DNA of 32,000 nucleotides from Geobacter sulfurreducens PCA (GCF_000007985.2 NC_002939.5:2340001-2372000); one strand, 5' to 3'; shown: positions 23,715 through 31,526, counted from the stretch's first letter. Made by a program: numbers and translations. Notes: generated by a model not told the origin, from the sequence alone.

Positions 23715-25982
23715 TCAGTGTATGTCATTGACTCGCAACAGTCGCAAGCTGTTGAGCGTTACCAGTAACGACGCCCCCATATCGGCAAGGATTGCCAGCC
23801 ACAGGGTAAGCCAACCCGGAAACACCGCCAGGATGGCAACCGCCTTGATGCAAAGCGAAAAGGTAATATTTTGCCGGATTATGGCGAGAGCCTTTCGGCT
23901 TAGCAGAATGGTAAACGGCAGCTTGGCAAGATCGTCCGACATCAGGGCTATATCCGCAGTTTCCAGCGCCGTGTCGGTCCCGGCACTCCCCATGGCGATG
24001 CCGACTGTCGAGAGGGCCAGGGCAGGCGCATCGTTAATGCCGTCGCCGACCATGGCCACCTTGCCGTACTCTTTCAAAAGTCCGTCGATTGCCGTGAGTT
24101 TGTCCTGAGGCAGCAGTTCAGCACGGAATTCATCAACGCCTACTTGTGCGGCAATATTTTTTGCAGTTGCGGTATTGTCTCCGGTCAGCATGACAGCATG
24201 CCGAATGCCGGCACGCTTCAGGGAGGATATAGCACCTGCACTGGCGCTCCTCACTTCGTCGGCAACGGCGATGATCCCGACAATCCTCTCCGCACTGCCG
24301 AGGATCATTACCGTTTTACCTTCTGATTCCAGTCGTTCAGCCTGCGGGACGATCTCGTCGATGGAAATATTCTTTTCGGAAAACAGCCTGGGGCTACCGA
24401 TATAGACCATCTTGCCGCTGATCGTGCCTTGAGCGCCCTGGCCGGCTACGGCGGTAAAATCAACCACCGGGGTAATGGTGCATCCCCGGTCTTTCGCCGC
24501 TTTGACAATAGAAGCTGCAAGCGGGTGTTCCGAACGGGCCTCCAGGTTGGCCGCCATCTGCAAAAGTTCGCCTTCCGCCGTTTCTCCGAGGGGTACGATG
24601 TCGGTGACAACCGGTTTTCCTTTGGTGAGCGTACCGGTCTTGTCGAAGGCAATGGCACTCAATGTACCAGCCTCTTCCAGATAGATTCCCCCTTTGATCA
24701 ATACACCATGTCTGGCAGCGTTACTGATTGCGCTGACAATGGCAACCGGCGTGGAGACGACCAGGGCACAGGGGCAGGCGACAACTAACAGGGCAAGGCC
24801 GCGATAAATCCACGGTACCCATGCATGCCCGAGAAAGAGCGGCGGAACGATAACGATGCCGACAGCCAGTGCCAATACCACCGGGGTGTATATGGCGGCA
24901 AATCTATCGACAAACGCCTGGGACGGGGCTCTCCTCGTCTGCGCCTCTTCCACCATATGAATGATCCTGGCGATAGTGGTATCCTGCACCAACTTGGTAA
25001 CCTTGACTTCAAGAGAGCCGTGGGTATTCAGCGTTCCGGCAAAGACCTCTGCTCCAACGCCCTTTTCCACAGGCATTGATTCACCGGTAATGGCAGCCTG
25101 GTTGATTGCCGACTCACCTCTGACAATGATGCCATCCATGGCGATTCTCTCGGCCGGCCGGATTATCATCACGTCGCCAATGACAATTTCCTCGACCGGG
25201 ATCACCGTCTCGCGGGAATCACGCCTTACCAACGCCACTTTCGGGGCTATATCCATGAGTTGACGGATGGAGCGTCGTGCCCTGTCCATGGTCCATGCTT
25301 CCAGCATCTCCGATATGGCATACAGAAAGGCCACTGATGCGCCTTCTTCATACTTGCCGATTGCAATGGCGCCGATGATTGCACCGCTCATCATGACACT
25401 CATGTTGAAATTTCCGCGAGGTAGAGAGCGGGCGGCCTTGCGGAAGTTCCCCCATCCGCCGAGGACCATTGCCGTCAGATAAACCGGTATGAAAACAATG
25501 GCCGGACCACCGAACCTCTCCAGTCCATAGGCAATTGCCAAGGCAATCCCCGAAATGAGCGCTCGCCGCATTTCCCAGTCCGGTTTTCCGATATGCTCAT
25601 CCGCTGAGACATCCTGTCTGGATTCCGGGCTGATGACGTAGTTTTCTTCCTCCCCCAGGCGTCTGATCTCTTCCAGATCAACACTCCCTTCAACCGTCAA
25701 TCTGCCGGACATTGTATTGAGAGTCGCCGATACGACACGGGGCAATGCGTTGACTGCCTTTTCGAATTTCTGGGCACAATCCAGGCAGGTGATGCCCTTG
25801 ACGTGGAAATATGCCTTTCCCTGACCACTTATCGAGGTAGGGGTATCTGTAGCCAAAGGCCCTCCTAACCCCCCGGATTCACCACTACAGTTGTTTTCAG
25901 CGGTTGGCGTCAATGAGCAGGCAGCAGATGAGCAGCCGCAACCAGATTGGTTATTTTCTGAATCACCTTTTCTGTTATCCAT
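23715..25982 (-). CDS. heavy-metal-translocating P1B-type ATPase, Zn/Cd/Pb-type (CadA/ZntA-like)
   Basis: N-terminal CGCSSAAC and an HMA domain with GITCLDCAQK. Also TGES, the CPC motif (VVACPCALVVSTP), DKTGTLT and GDGINDAPAL. The last TM carries Asp (LAILADMGASLLV), as in Zn/Cd/Pb pumps. Confidence 0.9.
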   Translation of the reverse strand: MDNRKGDSENNQSGCGCSSAACSLTPTAENNCSGESGGLGGPLATDTPTSISGQGKAYFHVKGITCLDCAQKFEKAVNALPRVVSATLNTMSGRLTVEGSVDLEEIRRLGEEENYVISPESRQDVSADEHIGKPDWEMRRALISGIALAIAYGLERFGGPAIVFIPVYLTAMVLGGWGNFRKAARSLPRGNFNMSVMMSGAIIGAIAIGKYEEGASVAFLYAISEMLEAWTMDRARRSIRQLMDIAPKVALVRRDSRETVIPVEEIVIGDVMIIRPAERIAMDGIIVRGESAINQAAITGESMPVEKGVGAEVFAGTLNTHGSLEVKVTKLVQDTTIARIIHMVEEAQTRRAPSQAFVDRFAAIYTPVVLALAVGIVIVPPLFLGHAWVPWIYRGLALLVVACPCALVVSTPVAIVSAISNAARHGVLIKGGIYLEEAGTLSAIAFDKTGTLTKGKPVVTDIVPLGETAEGELLQMAANLEARSEHPLAASIVKAAKDRGCTITPVVDFTAVAGQGAQGTISGKMVYIGSPRLFSEKNISIDEIVPQAERLESEGKTVMILGSAERIVGIIAVADEVRSASAGAISSLKRAGIRHAVMLTGDNTATAKNIAAQVGVDEFRAELLPQDKLTAIDGLLKEYGKVAMVGDGINDAPALALSTVGIAMGSAGTDTALETADIALMSDDLAKLPFTILLSRKALAIIRQNITFSLCIKAVAILAVFPGWLTLWLAILADMGASLLVTLNSLRLLRVNDIH

Positions 25983-26394
25983 TTTTCATCCCATCTGAGT
26001 TTCTAATTGCCCGTTCATACCAAAGCGACGCCACCAGACCGTAAATACAGTTCAGACCGATCACCACGGCAGGCGTAATCGTACCGAAGCCAAAACCGAA
26101 CGTCCCTTTGCCCATTCCGGGCAATACCAGGAAGAGCATCATTGCAGAAGGCAGGAGGCTGAATAGGCAACCACGCAGAATAGCCCTCTGGTTAAGAACC
26201 GGCAGAATAAGCAGCAACATCCAGATGCCTCCCCAGACCATGCGTTGATACAACCATGGTGCCGTGAATTCAGGTTTCATGCTTAATCCGATCAGATCAC
26301 TGATGCCGGCCTTGCCCATAAACCAGATATTGAAGCTATCGATGAAGGCGCCCAGGGCACCTCCTGCAAACGCAGCGCTGATCCTACGAATCAT
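25975..26394 (-). CDS. small integral membrane protein (about 4 TM), unknown function
   Basis: I prefer the ATG at 26394 (MIRRISAAF) with RBS AAGGGGGG. It overlaps the arsR-type gene end by 11 nt and the ATPase start by 8 nt. The sequence is strongly hydrophobic. Confidence 0.6.
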   Translation of the reverse strand: MIRRISAAFAGGALGAFIDSFNIWFMGKAGISDLIGLSMKPEFTAPWLYQRMVWGGIWMLLLILPVLNQRAILRGCLFSLLPSAMMLFLVLPGMGKGTFGFGFGTITPAVVIGLNCIYGLVASLWYERAIRNSDGMKNG

Positions 26395-26758
26395 GGTGCC
26401 CCCCTTGGGCGGTGATGTGGTCAAGACCTTCACTGAGCAGATTCCCCACATGACTGTCGTCAAGCGAATAGTAGACGATTCTGCCATCCTTACGGTATTT
26501 GACCACTCTCAGTGAACGAAGCAGGCGCAATTGATGGGAGACTGCGGATTTGGTCGTCCCGAGAAGACTGGCGATGTCGCACACGCAAAGCTCATCCAAT
26601 GAAACGGCGAGAAGAATTTTGAGTCGGGTGGGATCGCCCAAAACTTTGAATGTTTCTGCCAGGCGGTTCGTAATGTCATCTGAAGGCATGGCTTTTTTGG
26701 CGCTCATGACCTTAGCTTCGTTGATCAAGTTGATTCGGCATGTTGCAAATTCGGACAT
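26384..26758 (-). CDS. ArsR/SmtB-family metalloregulator, CadC-like
   Basis: GAGGTG RBS. ELCVCDIASLLGTTKSAVSHQLRLLRSLRVVKYRKDGRIVYYSL is the ArsR winged HTH. By my count Cys7, Cys58 and Cys60 are present, the arrangement of the CadC alpha3N thiolate site. Confidence 0.85.
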   Translation of the reverse strand: MSEFATCRINLINEAKVMSAKKAMPSDDITNRLAETFKVLGDPTRLKILLAVSLDELCVCDIASLLGTTKSAVSHQLRLLRSLRVVKYRKDGRIVYYSLDDSHVGNLLSEGLDHITAQGGHHDS

Positions 26759-26773
26759 GGTATCACCTCAATA

Positions 26774-26824
26774 GTTGAGCAACCTTTCAACAATAAAGAT
26801 ATTGTCTTTTGTCCAACGTGTCAA
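26774..26824 (-). promoter_or_regulatory. candidate promoter and ArsR-type operator of the cad-like operon
   Basis: On the minus strand: TTGACA (26824-26819), a 17-nt spacer, then TATCTT (26801-26796). It is followed by the inverted repeat GTTGA-N8-TCAAC (26774-26791), which lies between the -10 and the RBS. Confidence 0.45.
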
Positions 26825-27041
26825 TGAGGATTGTTCGTAAATTGCGTTAACGATGCGGGATTACATGCCGCCACGAGGGTTCAACAACCGGCGTGCGAAA
26901 ATGGTGATGTTAGCTGAGGACGAAAAGAGTATATCTGGAATAGCTACTATCGACGGTTTACCATAAACATTCTAAGCGCAATAAGATATATCCGTCAAAC
27001 CGTCATAACTATAGAGGGGGCCAACAGGACTCAATTGTCCC

Positions 27042-27584
27042 TTACCTCACCAAAGTGATCATTACCGAATCAGAAATCGAAGTGCTGCGCTTATTGTCAT
27101 GAATGGTCACGAGAATGTTCCATTCGCCTACTGGGTCTGAATTGTCGGCTTTAAGACGCATGAAGGCTTTTGCCAAATAAGCGTTGCTGTTTGATCTCTG
27201 AAGTTTACCCGTAATTCCTTCCAGTCTGGAATATTTCTTTATTATATTTCCGGGTTTGATGATTTGTACATCGAAGGTCACATCAGCAAAATTATTCTCA
27301 TCTATAAGTGGATTTGTAAATATGACATGGAGTTCAGCCTGTTCGCCGATCCTTAGGGTGTCAACTCTGGTAAAGTCAGTTCTGTTATCCGGTGGCATGT
27401 TCAATATCTTATCAAACTCATCACCAGGAGTGACAATCAAGGCGGCATTGAACCCGGGGAGTGGCTCAAAAGCTTCTTGGTGCAGATCCTGCGGGCTGAC
27501 CTGATGACGTTCCAAGCTGCCGGTAGACGCCAGGGAACAAACTGCCGGAACCGTCAGCAAGAATATTATCAGCCAAAACCTCAT
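27042..27584 (-). CDS. secreted hypothetical protein
   Basis: I prefer the ATG at 27584 (MRFWLIIFLLTVPAVCSLA) with a GGAGG RBS. The listed upstream start lacks support. AT-richer than its neighbours. No motif recognised. Confidence 0.55.
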   Translation of the reverse strand: MRFWLIIFLLTVPAVCSLASTGSLERHQVSPQDLHQEAFEPLPGFNAALIVTPGDEFDKILNMPPDNRTDFTRVDTLRIGEQAELHVIFTNPLIDENNFADVTFDVQIIKPGNIIKKYSRLEGITGKLQRSNSNAYLAKAFMRLKADNSDPVGEWNILVTIHDNKRSTSISDSVMITLVR

Positions 27585-27769
27585 GCGGCCTCCAGCCAAA
27601 ATAAGTTCACCCGTACAGCAATTACTTTTCGGATGCAATCCCCTTATCTTTAGCATATCGATAGCAAATGACCAGAATCTCGAAAATCACTTTATCGCCA
27701 AATTTGTTTCAAAGTATTTCAGCGCTATTCCGGCATATTAGCAATACATTTTGACATTGACACATGAAG

Positions 27770-28087
27770 TTATGGTCTGCTATGAAACTCGTATATTTTA
27801 GACTCTTTCAGAGAAAGAGACTCCGCAAGCCATAGCGCTTCCGGACAAACTTCTTCGGAAAGCCCGAGGAAGAATCGCCCCGGCAGGGATGAAATTCCCG
27901 GATAGATCAGGCTGCTGTTGCCCCTGTCCGGATGAGATTCGGAGGCATGTTTGCCAACCGAGCAGTCGTTTGGGTAAAGCGACGTAAATCCAAGCAGCAG
28001 TGCGTCCAATTTCCGGAGCACACACAATTCCCGCAAAATAATGACCCGTTCCGGCTTAGCTGGAGTGGGTTTTTTGTTGCTCGACAT
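27770..28087 (-). CDS. possible small hypothetical protein (105 aa), weak support
   Basis: Internal ATG at 28087 of the listed 148-aa ORF. No convincing RBS and no recognisable motif. It lies in an otherwise unassigned 0.6-kb region upstream of ssb. Confidence 0.2.
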   Translation of the reverse strand: MSSNKKPTPAKPERVIILRELCVLRKLDALLLGFTSLYPNDCSVGKHASESHPDRGNSSLIYPGISSLPGRFFLGLSEEVCPEALWLAESLSLKESKIYEFHSRP

Positions 28088-28134
28088 CCGCGACAAGCCT
28101 TGTAAGCGGCGGGTACTTTCACCACATCCCGACC

Positions 28135-28209
28135 GGGAGACGATCTGTTCTCTCCCCACCGGGACGGACAAAAGTCTCCTTGCTTCGGGAAAACCAACAA
28201 GGAGGCAGT
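28135..28209 (+). promoter_or_regulatory. structured leader of ssb with a sequestered Shine-Dalgarno sequence
   Basis: GGGAGA (28135-28140) pairs with TCTCCC (28151-28156). GTCTCCTTG (28174-28182) pairs with CAAGGAGGC (28198-28206), which contains the SD for the ATG at 28210. Confidence 0.5.
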
Positions 28210-28629
28210 ATGGCAAGTCTGAATCGCGTGGAACTCATCGGCAACCTGGGACGTGACCCTGAAATCAGGTACACACCAGGAGGCACCGCTGTCGCAAGTT
28301 TTTCACTCGCGACCAGTGAGAAGGTCAAGAACAAGAGCGGCGAATGGGAAACCCGCACCGAGTGGCACAACATCGTCCTCTACGCACGTCTCGCAGAAGT
28401 AGCTGGCGAGTATTTGTCGAAAGGGAAAAGTGTCTACCTCGACGGTAAACTCAAGACCCGCAAATGGCAAGATCGGGACGGTAAAGATCGCTACACAACC
28501 GAGATCATCGGCGACAAGCTTCTTATGCTTGGTAGTAAAAATGGCAGCATTCCTGACGGGAGTGACGACCAGCCATCAAACAGCCAGGCACATGAGGACA
28601 TTCCGCACGATGACACCGATCCGTTCTAG
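28210..28629 (+). CDS. ssb: single-stranded DNA-binding protein
   Basis: AAGGAGG RBS. OB fold [25 protein letters not shown]...TEWHNIVLY...[13 protein letters not shown]. Acidic tail ending DDTDPF. Confidence 0.9.
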   Translation: MASLNRVELIGNLGRDPEIRYTPGGTAVASFSLATSEKVKNKSGEWETRTEWHNIVLYARLAEVAGEYLSKGKSVYLDGKLKTRKWQDRDGKDRYTTEIIGDKLLMLGSKNGSIPDGSDDQPSNSQAHEDIPHDDTDPF

Positions 28630-28659
28630 GTAACAAGCAACCACAACCAACAGTCCCAC

Positions 28660-28738
28660 GGGGAGACATTACCAAATCCCCAAAGGGATTGGTCTGTCTT
28701 CTCTGTCGGACACAACCCACAGAAAAGGAGACAGACAG
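28660..28738 (+). promoter_or_regulatory. structured leader with a sequestered Shine-Dalgarno sequence (same architecture as the ssb leader)
   Basis: GGGGA (28660-28664) pairs with TCCCC (28677-28681). TGTCTTCT (28695-28702) pairs with AGGAGACA (28726-28733). The ATG is at 28739. Confidence 0.5.
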
Positions 28739-29695
28739 ATGAACGCACCAGCTCAAATCATTCCCATCAGTCCCACCGCATCATCCCTAACTCACCACGC
28801 CGTCAACATCAGTGAACTGAAGGCCCAGGTAAACCTGATCCAGTACGTCATGCGTGACGTCATGAAATCAGGCGAGCACTACGGCACCATTCCCGGCTGC
28901 GGAGACAAAGCAGTTCTTCTCAAACCGGGCGCCGAAAAGCTCATGCTTACCTTCAGACTGGCGAACGACGTGGAGGTGGAAACCATCGATATGCATCTCG
29001 GCCATCGTGAGTATCGCATCAAGGTGACGCTCTACTCACCTGCAGGCCAGCGTCTTGGTACCGGTGTCGGTTCATGCTCGACCATGGAAAGCAAGTATCG
29101 TTTCCGTGTCGGGCCAGTTGAACTGACGAATAAACCGGTACCGAAGGAATACTGGGATATTCGCAAGGAGAACCCGGCAAAGGCGCAAGAGATCATTGGT
29201 GGACGCGGCTTCAGCGCAAAAAAGGATGACAGCGGCAACTGGAAAATTGCCAGGCAGGGAGAAAAAGTCGAACACGACAATCCTGCCGATTTCTACAACA
29301 CCTGCCTGAAAATGGCCAAGAAGCGGGGCTTGGTGGATGCAGTACTTACCTCAACCGCTGCTTCGGACATATTCACCCAGGACATTGAGGAAGATCCTGA
29401 CCTTTACGGACAGACGGAACACAACGGAGGAAACAGTGCCGGCAACACCAGCACTACCTCCGGGACTTCACAAACTGCCAAACCGGACAGTGCCCCATCA
29501 TCCAACGAAGCCGAACCTGTTTCGACTTCCGAGATCATCGGGTATCTGACCGCCAAAGGGATCAGGATGGAACTCTCCGCAGACGAATCGGAGATCTCCG
29601 CCTTCCCGGACTTCAACGACACCTCAGCCCGCCAATGGCTGAAAGACCACGGATTCAAATGGGACGGCAAAGGCAAATGCTGGCAGTACCGGTAG
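28739..29695 (+). CDS. putative recombination/single-strand-annealing protein with Ser/Thr-rich linker and small C-terminal domain
   Basis: It occupies the position between ssb and a nuclease. Motifs LLKPGAEKLMLTF, GVGSCSTMESKYRFR and NTCLKMAKKRGLVDAVL resemble the beta-beta-alpha core of Rad52-superfamily phage annealing proteins, but I cannot name the family. The C-terminus is WLKDHGFKWDGKGKCWQY. Confidence 0.4.
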   Translation: MNAPAQIIPISPTASSLTHHAVNISELKAQVNLIQYVMRDVMKSGEHYGTIPGCGDKAVLLKPGAEKLMLTFRLANDVEVETIDMHLGHREYRIKVTLYSPAGQRLGTGVGSCSTMESKYRFRVGPVELTNKPVPKEYWDIRKENPAKAQEIIGGRGFSAKKDDSGNWKIARQGEKVEHDNPADFYNTCLKMAKKRGLVDAVLTSTAASDIFTQDIEEDPDLYGQTEHNGGNSAGNTSTTSGTSQTAKPDSAPSSNEAEPVSTSEIIGYLTAKGIRMELSADESEISAFPDFNDTSARQWLKDHGFKWDGKGKCWQYR

Positions 29696-29739
29696 TGCCT
29701 GACGTTCCAGACTGAACTCCACTCACAACCTACCTCAGC

Positions 29740-29819
29740 AGGGAGACAACGACTTTCTCCCTACCGGGGGTGTCTTGTCTCTTCTGCCGGGTACAACCCA
29801 CAGACAAGGAGACAAGATC
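29740..29819 (+). promoter_or_regulatory. structured leader with a sequestered Shine-Dalgarno sequence (homologous to 28660-28738)
   Basis: AGGGAG (29740-29745) pairs with CTCCCT (29757-29762). TGTCTCTT (29776-29783) pairs with AGGAGACA (29807-29814). The 39-nt core is 33/39 identical to 28695-28733. Confidence 0.5.
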
Positions 29820-29984
29820 ATGACTACCCACATCATCAAGCACGTAACAATCAAAGGCTGCCAGGTGCCGGTCTATGCGCCCGTCAAGGAGCGACAAATC
29901 AGCATCGATGTCACCAGGATCATTGCCGGCGTTATTTTCGGTTCCCTGCTCACCGCAGTTGGAACCTTACCGTTTCTGATCTGA
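29820..29984 (+). CDS. small protein (54 aa) with C-terminal TM helix
   Basis: ATG at 29820 with an AAGGAGA RBS. The C-terminus IIAGVIFGSLLTAVGTLPFLI is hydrophobic. The listed start at 29775 lies inside the leader. Confidence 0.5.
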   Translation: MTTHIIKHVTIKGCQVPVYAPVKERQISIDVTRIIAGVIFGSLLTAVGTLPFLI

Positions 29985-29997
29985 AAAGGAGACAGCC

Positions 29998-30972
29998 ATG
30001 AGCAAACTCGCTGCATTTCTGGGACGGGCTATTCCGACCCATCAGCAGAAACAATCCTCACACCTCGGTGACCGAACCTTGTACGTCGGAGCATCCGATA
30101 TTGCCGGCTGTCCACGCAAAGCGGCACTCGGCAAACAAAACCCGACCGGTCACGACATCAAAACACTCCTTCGTTTTTCCCGTGGCCACGCCGCGCAAGC
30201 CATGTATGCCGATTTCTTCAGGACCGGTGGCGCTCTCTTCGAAGAAGAAGTCGAAGTGCGGCATCCGGCTATACCTGAGATCAGGTGTCACATCGACTTC
30301 CTGTTCTATGCAAACCGGCAGACCAAACGGCTGCACATCGTGGAGATGAAGTCGACCGACGGCATCCCCGACGAACCCTACGCATCATGGGTGGATCAAC
30401 TGCATGTCCAGATGGGCCTGCTGCAACTCACCCTTGATCCGGCAGTGGAAATCGGTGGTTCGATCCTGGTGGTGGACCTCAATGCGGGATCGTACCATGA
30501 GTTCAACAGCTATACACCCAACAGACTGGTATTCGACCAGCTTGTGGAAAAGGGAAAGCATATCCTTGCAGCAGCGCGAGGCGAGTGCGCTCCCCGAACC
30601 GAACCAGGTATTCTCTGCGGTTACTGTCCGTTTCGCACCGGCTGTCCTTCCCATGCCGTCGCCCTGGATCTCCCCCGGGAGATACTTGATACCGGCAGGA
30701 AGTATCTGGAGCTGAATGAACAAAAGAAGGCTCTCGAAAACCGACTGGACGTCCTGAAGAACGACATTCTCACCTTTGCGGATGGCACGTTCAAAGGGGC
30801 TTCGGACGGAATACTGATCAATGTCACCTCAGTGGCTGATTCGACAACCATCGACAGCTACAAGCTCAAGAGAAACTATCCAGATATATACGATCAGGTA
30901 ACGAAACCGAAGTCAGGTTACGTCAAACTTGAAATCAAGCCATTCACGCCGCTCGCAGCTCAAGCGGCTTGA
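29998..30972 (+). CDS. PD-(D/E)XK nuclease, Cas4/RecB-like with four-Cys cluster
   Basis: AAGGAGA RBS. N-terminal GASDIAGCPRKAAL. Catalytic HIDFLF...HIVEMKS (D...ExK). C-terminal CGYCPFRTGC (CX2CX5C), which together with the N-terminal Cys gives the Cas4/AddB-type Fe-S pattern. An extra C-terminal tail of about 100 aa follows. Confidence 0.75.
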   Translation: MSKLAAFLGRAIPTHQQKQSSHLGDRTLYVGASDIAGCPRKAALGKQNPTGHDIKTLLRFSRGHAAQAMYADFFRTGGALFEEEVEVRHPAIPEIRCHIDFLFYANRQTKRLHIVEMKSTDGIPDEPYASWVDQLHVQMGLLQLTLDPAVEIGGSILVVDLNAGSYHEFNSYTPNRLVFDQLVEKGKHILAAARGECAPRTEPGILCGYCPFRTGCPSHAVALDLPREILDTGRKYLELNEQKKALENRLDVLKNDILTFADGTFKGASDGILINVTSVADSTTIDSYKLKRNYPDIYDQVTKPKSGYVKLEIKPFTPLAAQAA

Positions 30973-30985
30973 ACCAACCCCACCA

Positions 30986-31056
30986 GGGGGCATCACGCTC
31001 CCCATGGGAACTCTCCATTCATGGAGGCGTGCGCCCCCATTGAAAGGAGATTATCG
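30986..31056 (+). promoter_or_regulatory. nested long-range stem-loop in the intergenic region
   Basis: The outer stem pairs GGGGGCATCACGC (30986-30998) with GCGTGCGCCCCC (31027-31038). The inner hairpin is CTCCAT-TC-ATGGAG (31013-31026). SD AAGGAG at 31044-31049 and ATG at 31057. Confidence 0.45.
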
Positions 31057-31260
31057 ATGAAAATCTATCGTACCGGCACGTTACCGCCTGACCTCAAGTC
31101 CTTCACCCGCGAGAACAGATTCGAAGATCTGAAGGAGGCTCTTCAGACCATAGCGTCGCTGATCCTCATAGCTGTAATGCTCTTCGTGTTCATGTTTGCC
31201 GCTGCAACTCCACCGGAACCCCAGGTTTATCCAAAGGGCTGGGAGGAGGTACGAGGATGA
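31057..31260 (+). CDS. small TM protein (67 aa)
   Basis: ATG at 31057 with an AAGGAG RBS. Central hydrophobic helix IASLILIAVMLFVFMFAAA. The stop overlaps the next ATG (ATGA). Confidence 0.5.
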   Translation: MKIYRTGTLPPDLKSFTRENRFEDLKEALQTIASLILIAVMLFVFMFAAATPPEPQVYPKGWEEVRG

Positions 31261-31526
31261 ATGGACCGGGCAACATTATCTGCTCAGGAGATGAAATACA
31301 TCTTCCTGCTGTCGCCATGGAAGAGGTCAACCTGTCACTGCATGGGGCAAACCGCTTCCTGGAGCGCGACATTCCGCTTGAGGCCGTCGAAGGTGTCCGT
31401 CACCTTCTGCCGCTCCTCAACGAGAAGCCGCTCAGATTCAGGTACAAAGGGGTACTTGTCGTTGCCCGACTGGTCAACGGTTCACCCAGGATCATCACTG
31501 CCTGGAAAGTCCCTCCCTCAGCATAG
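31257..31526 (+). CDS. small hypothetical protein, possibly DUF4258-like
   Basis: ATGA coupling to the upstream gene. LSLHGANRFLERDIPLEAVEGV...VLVVARLVNGSPRIITAWK loosely fits the DUF4258 pattern (H-A-x-x-R...ER-x-I...TV-x). Confidence 0.35.
   Translation: MNGPGNIICSGDEIHLPAVAMEEVNLSLHGANRFLERDIPLEAVEGVRHLLPLLNEKPLRFRYKGVLVVARLVNGSPRIITAWKVPPSA

Noticed and set aside
27770-28216. The full 148-aa minus-strand ORF overlapping the ssb start.
   Set aside because: Its 5' part runs through the ssb RBS and leader structure and has no translation signals. Only the internal-ATG version (27770-28087) is kept, at low confidence.
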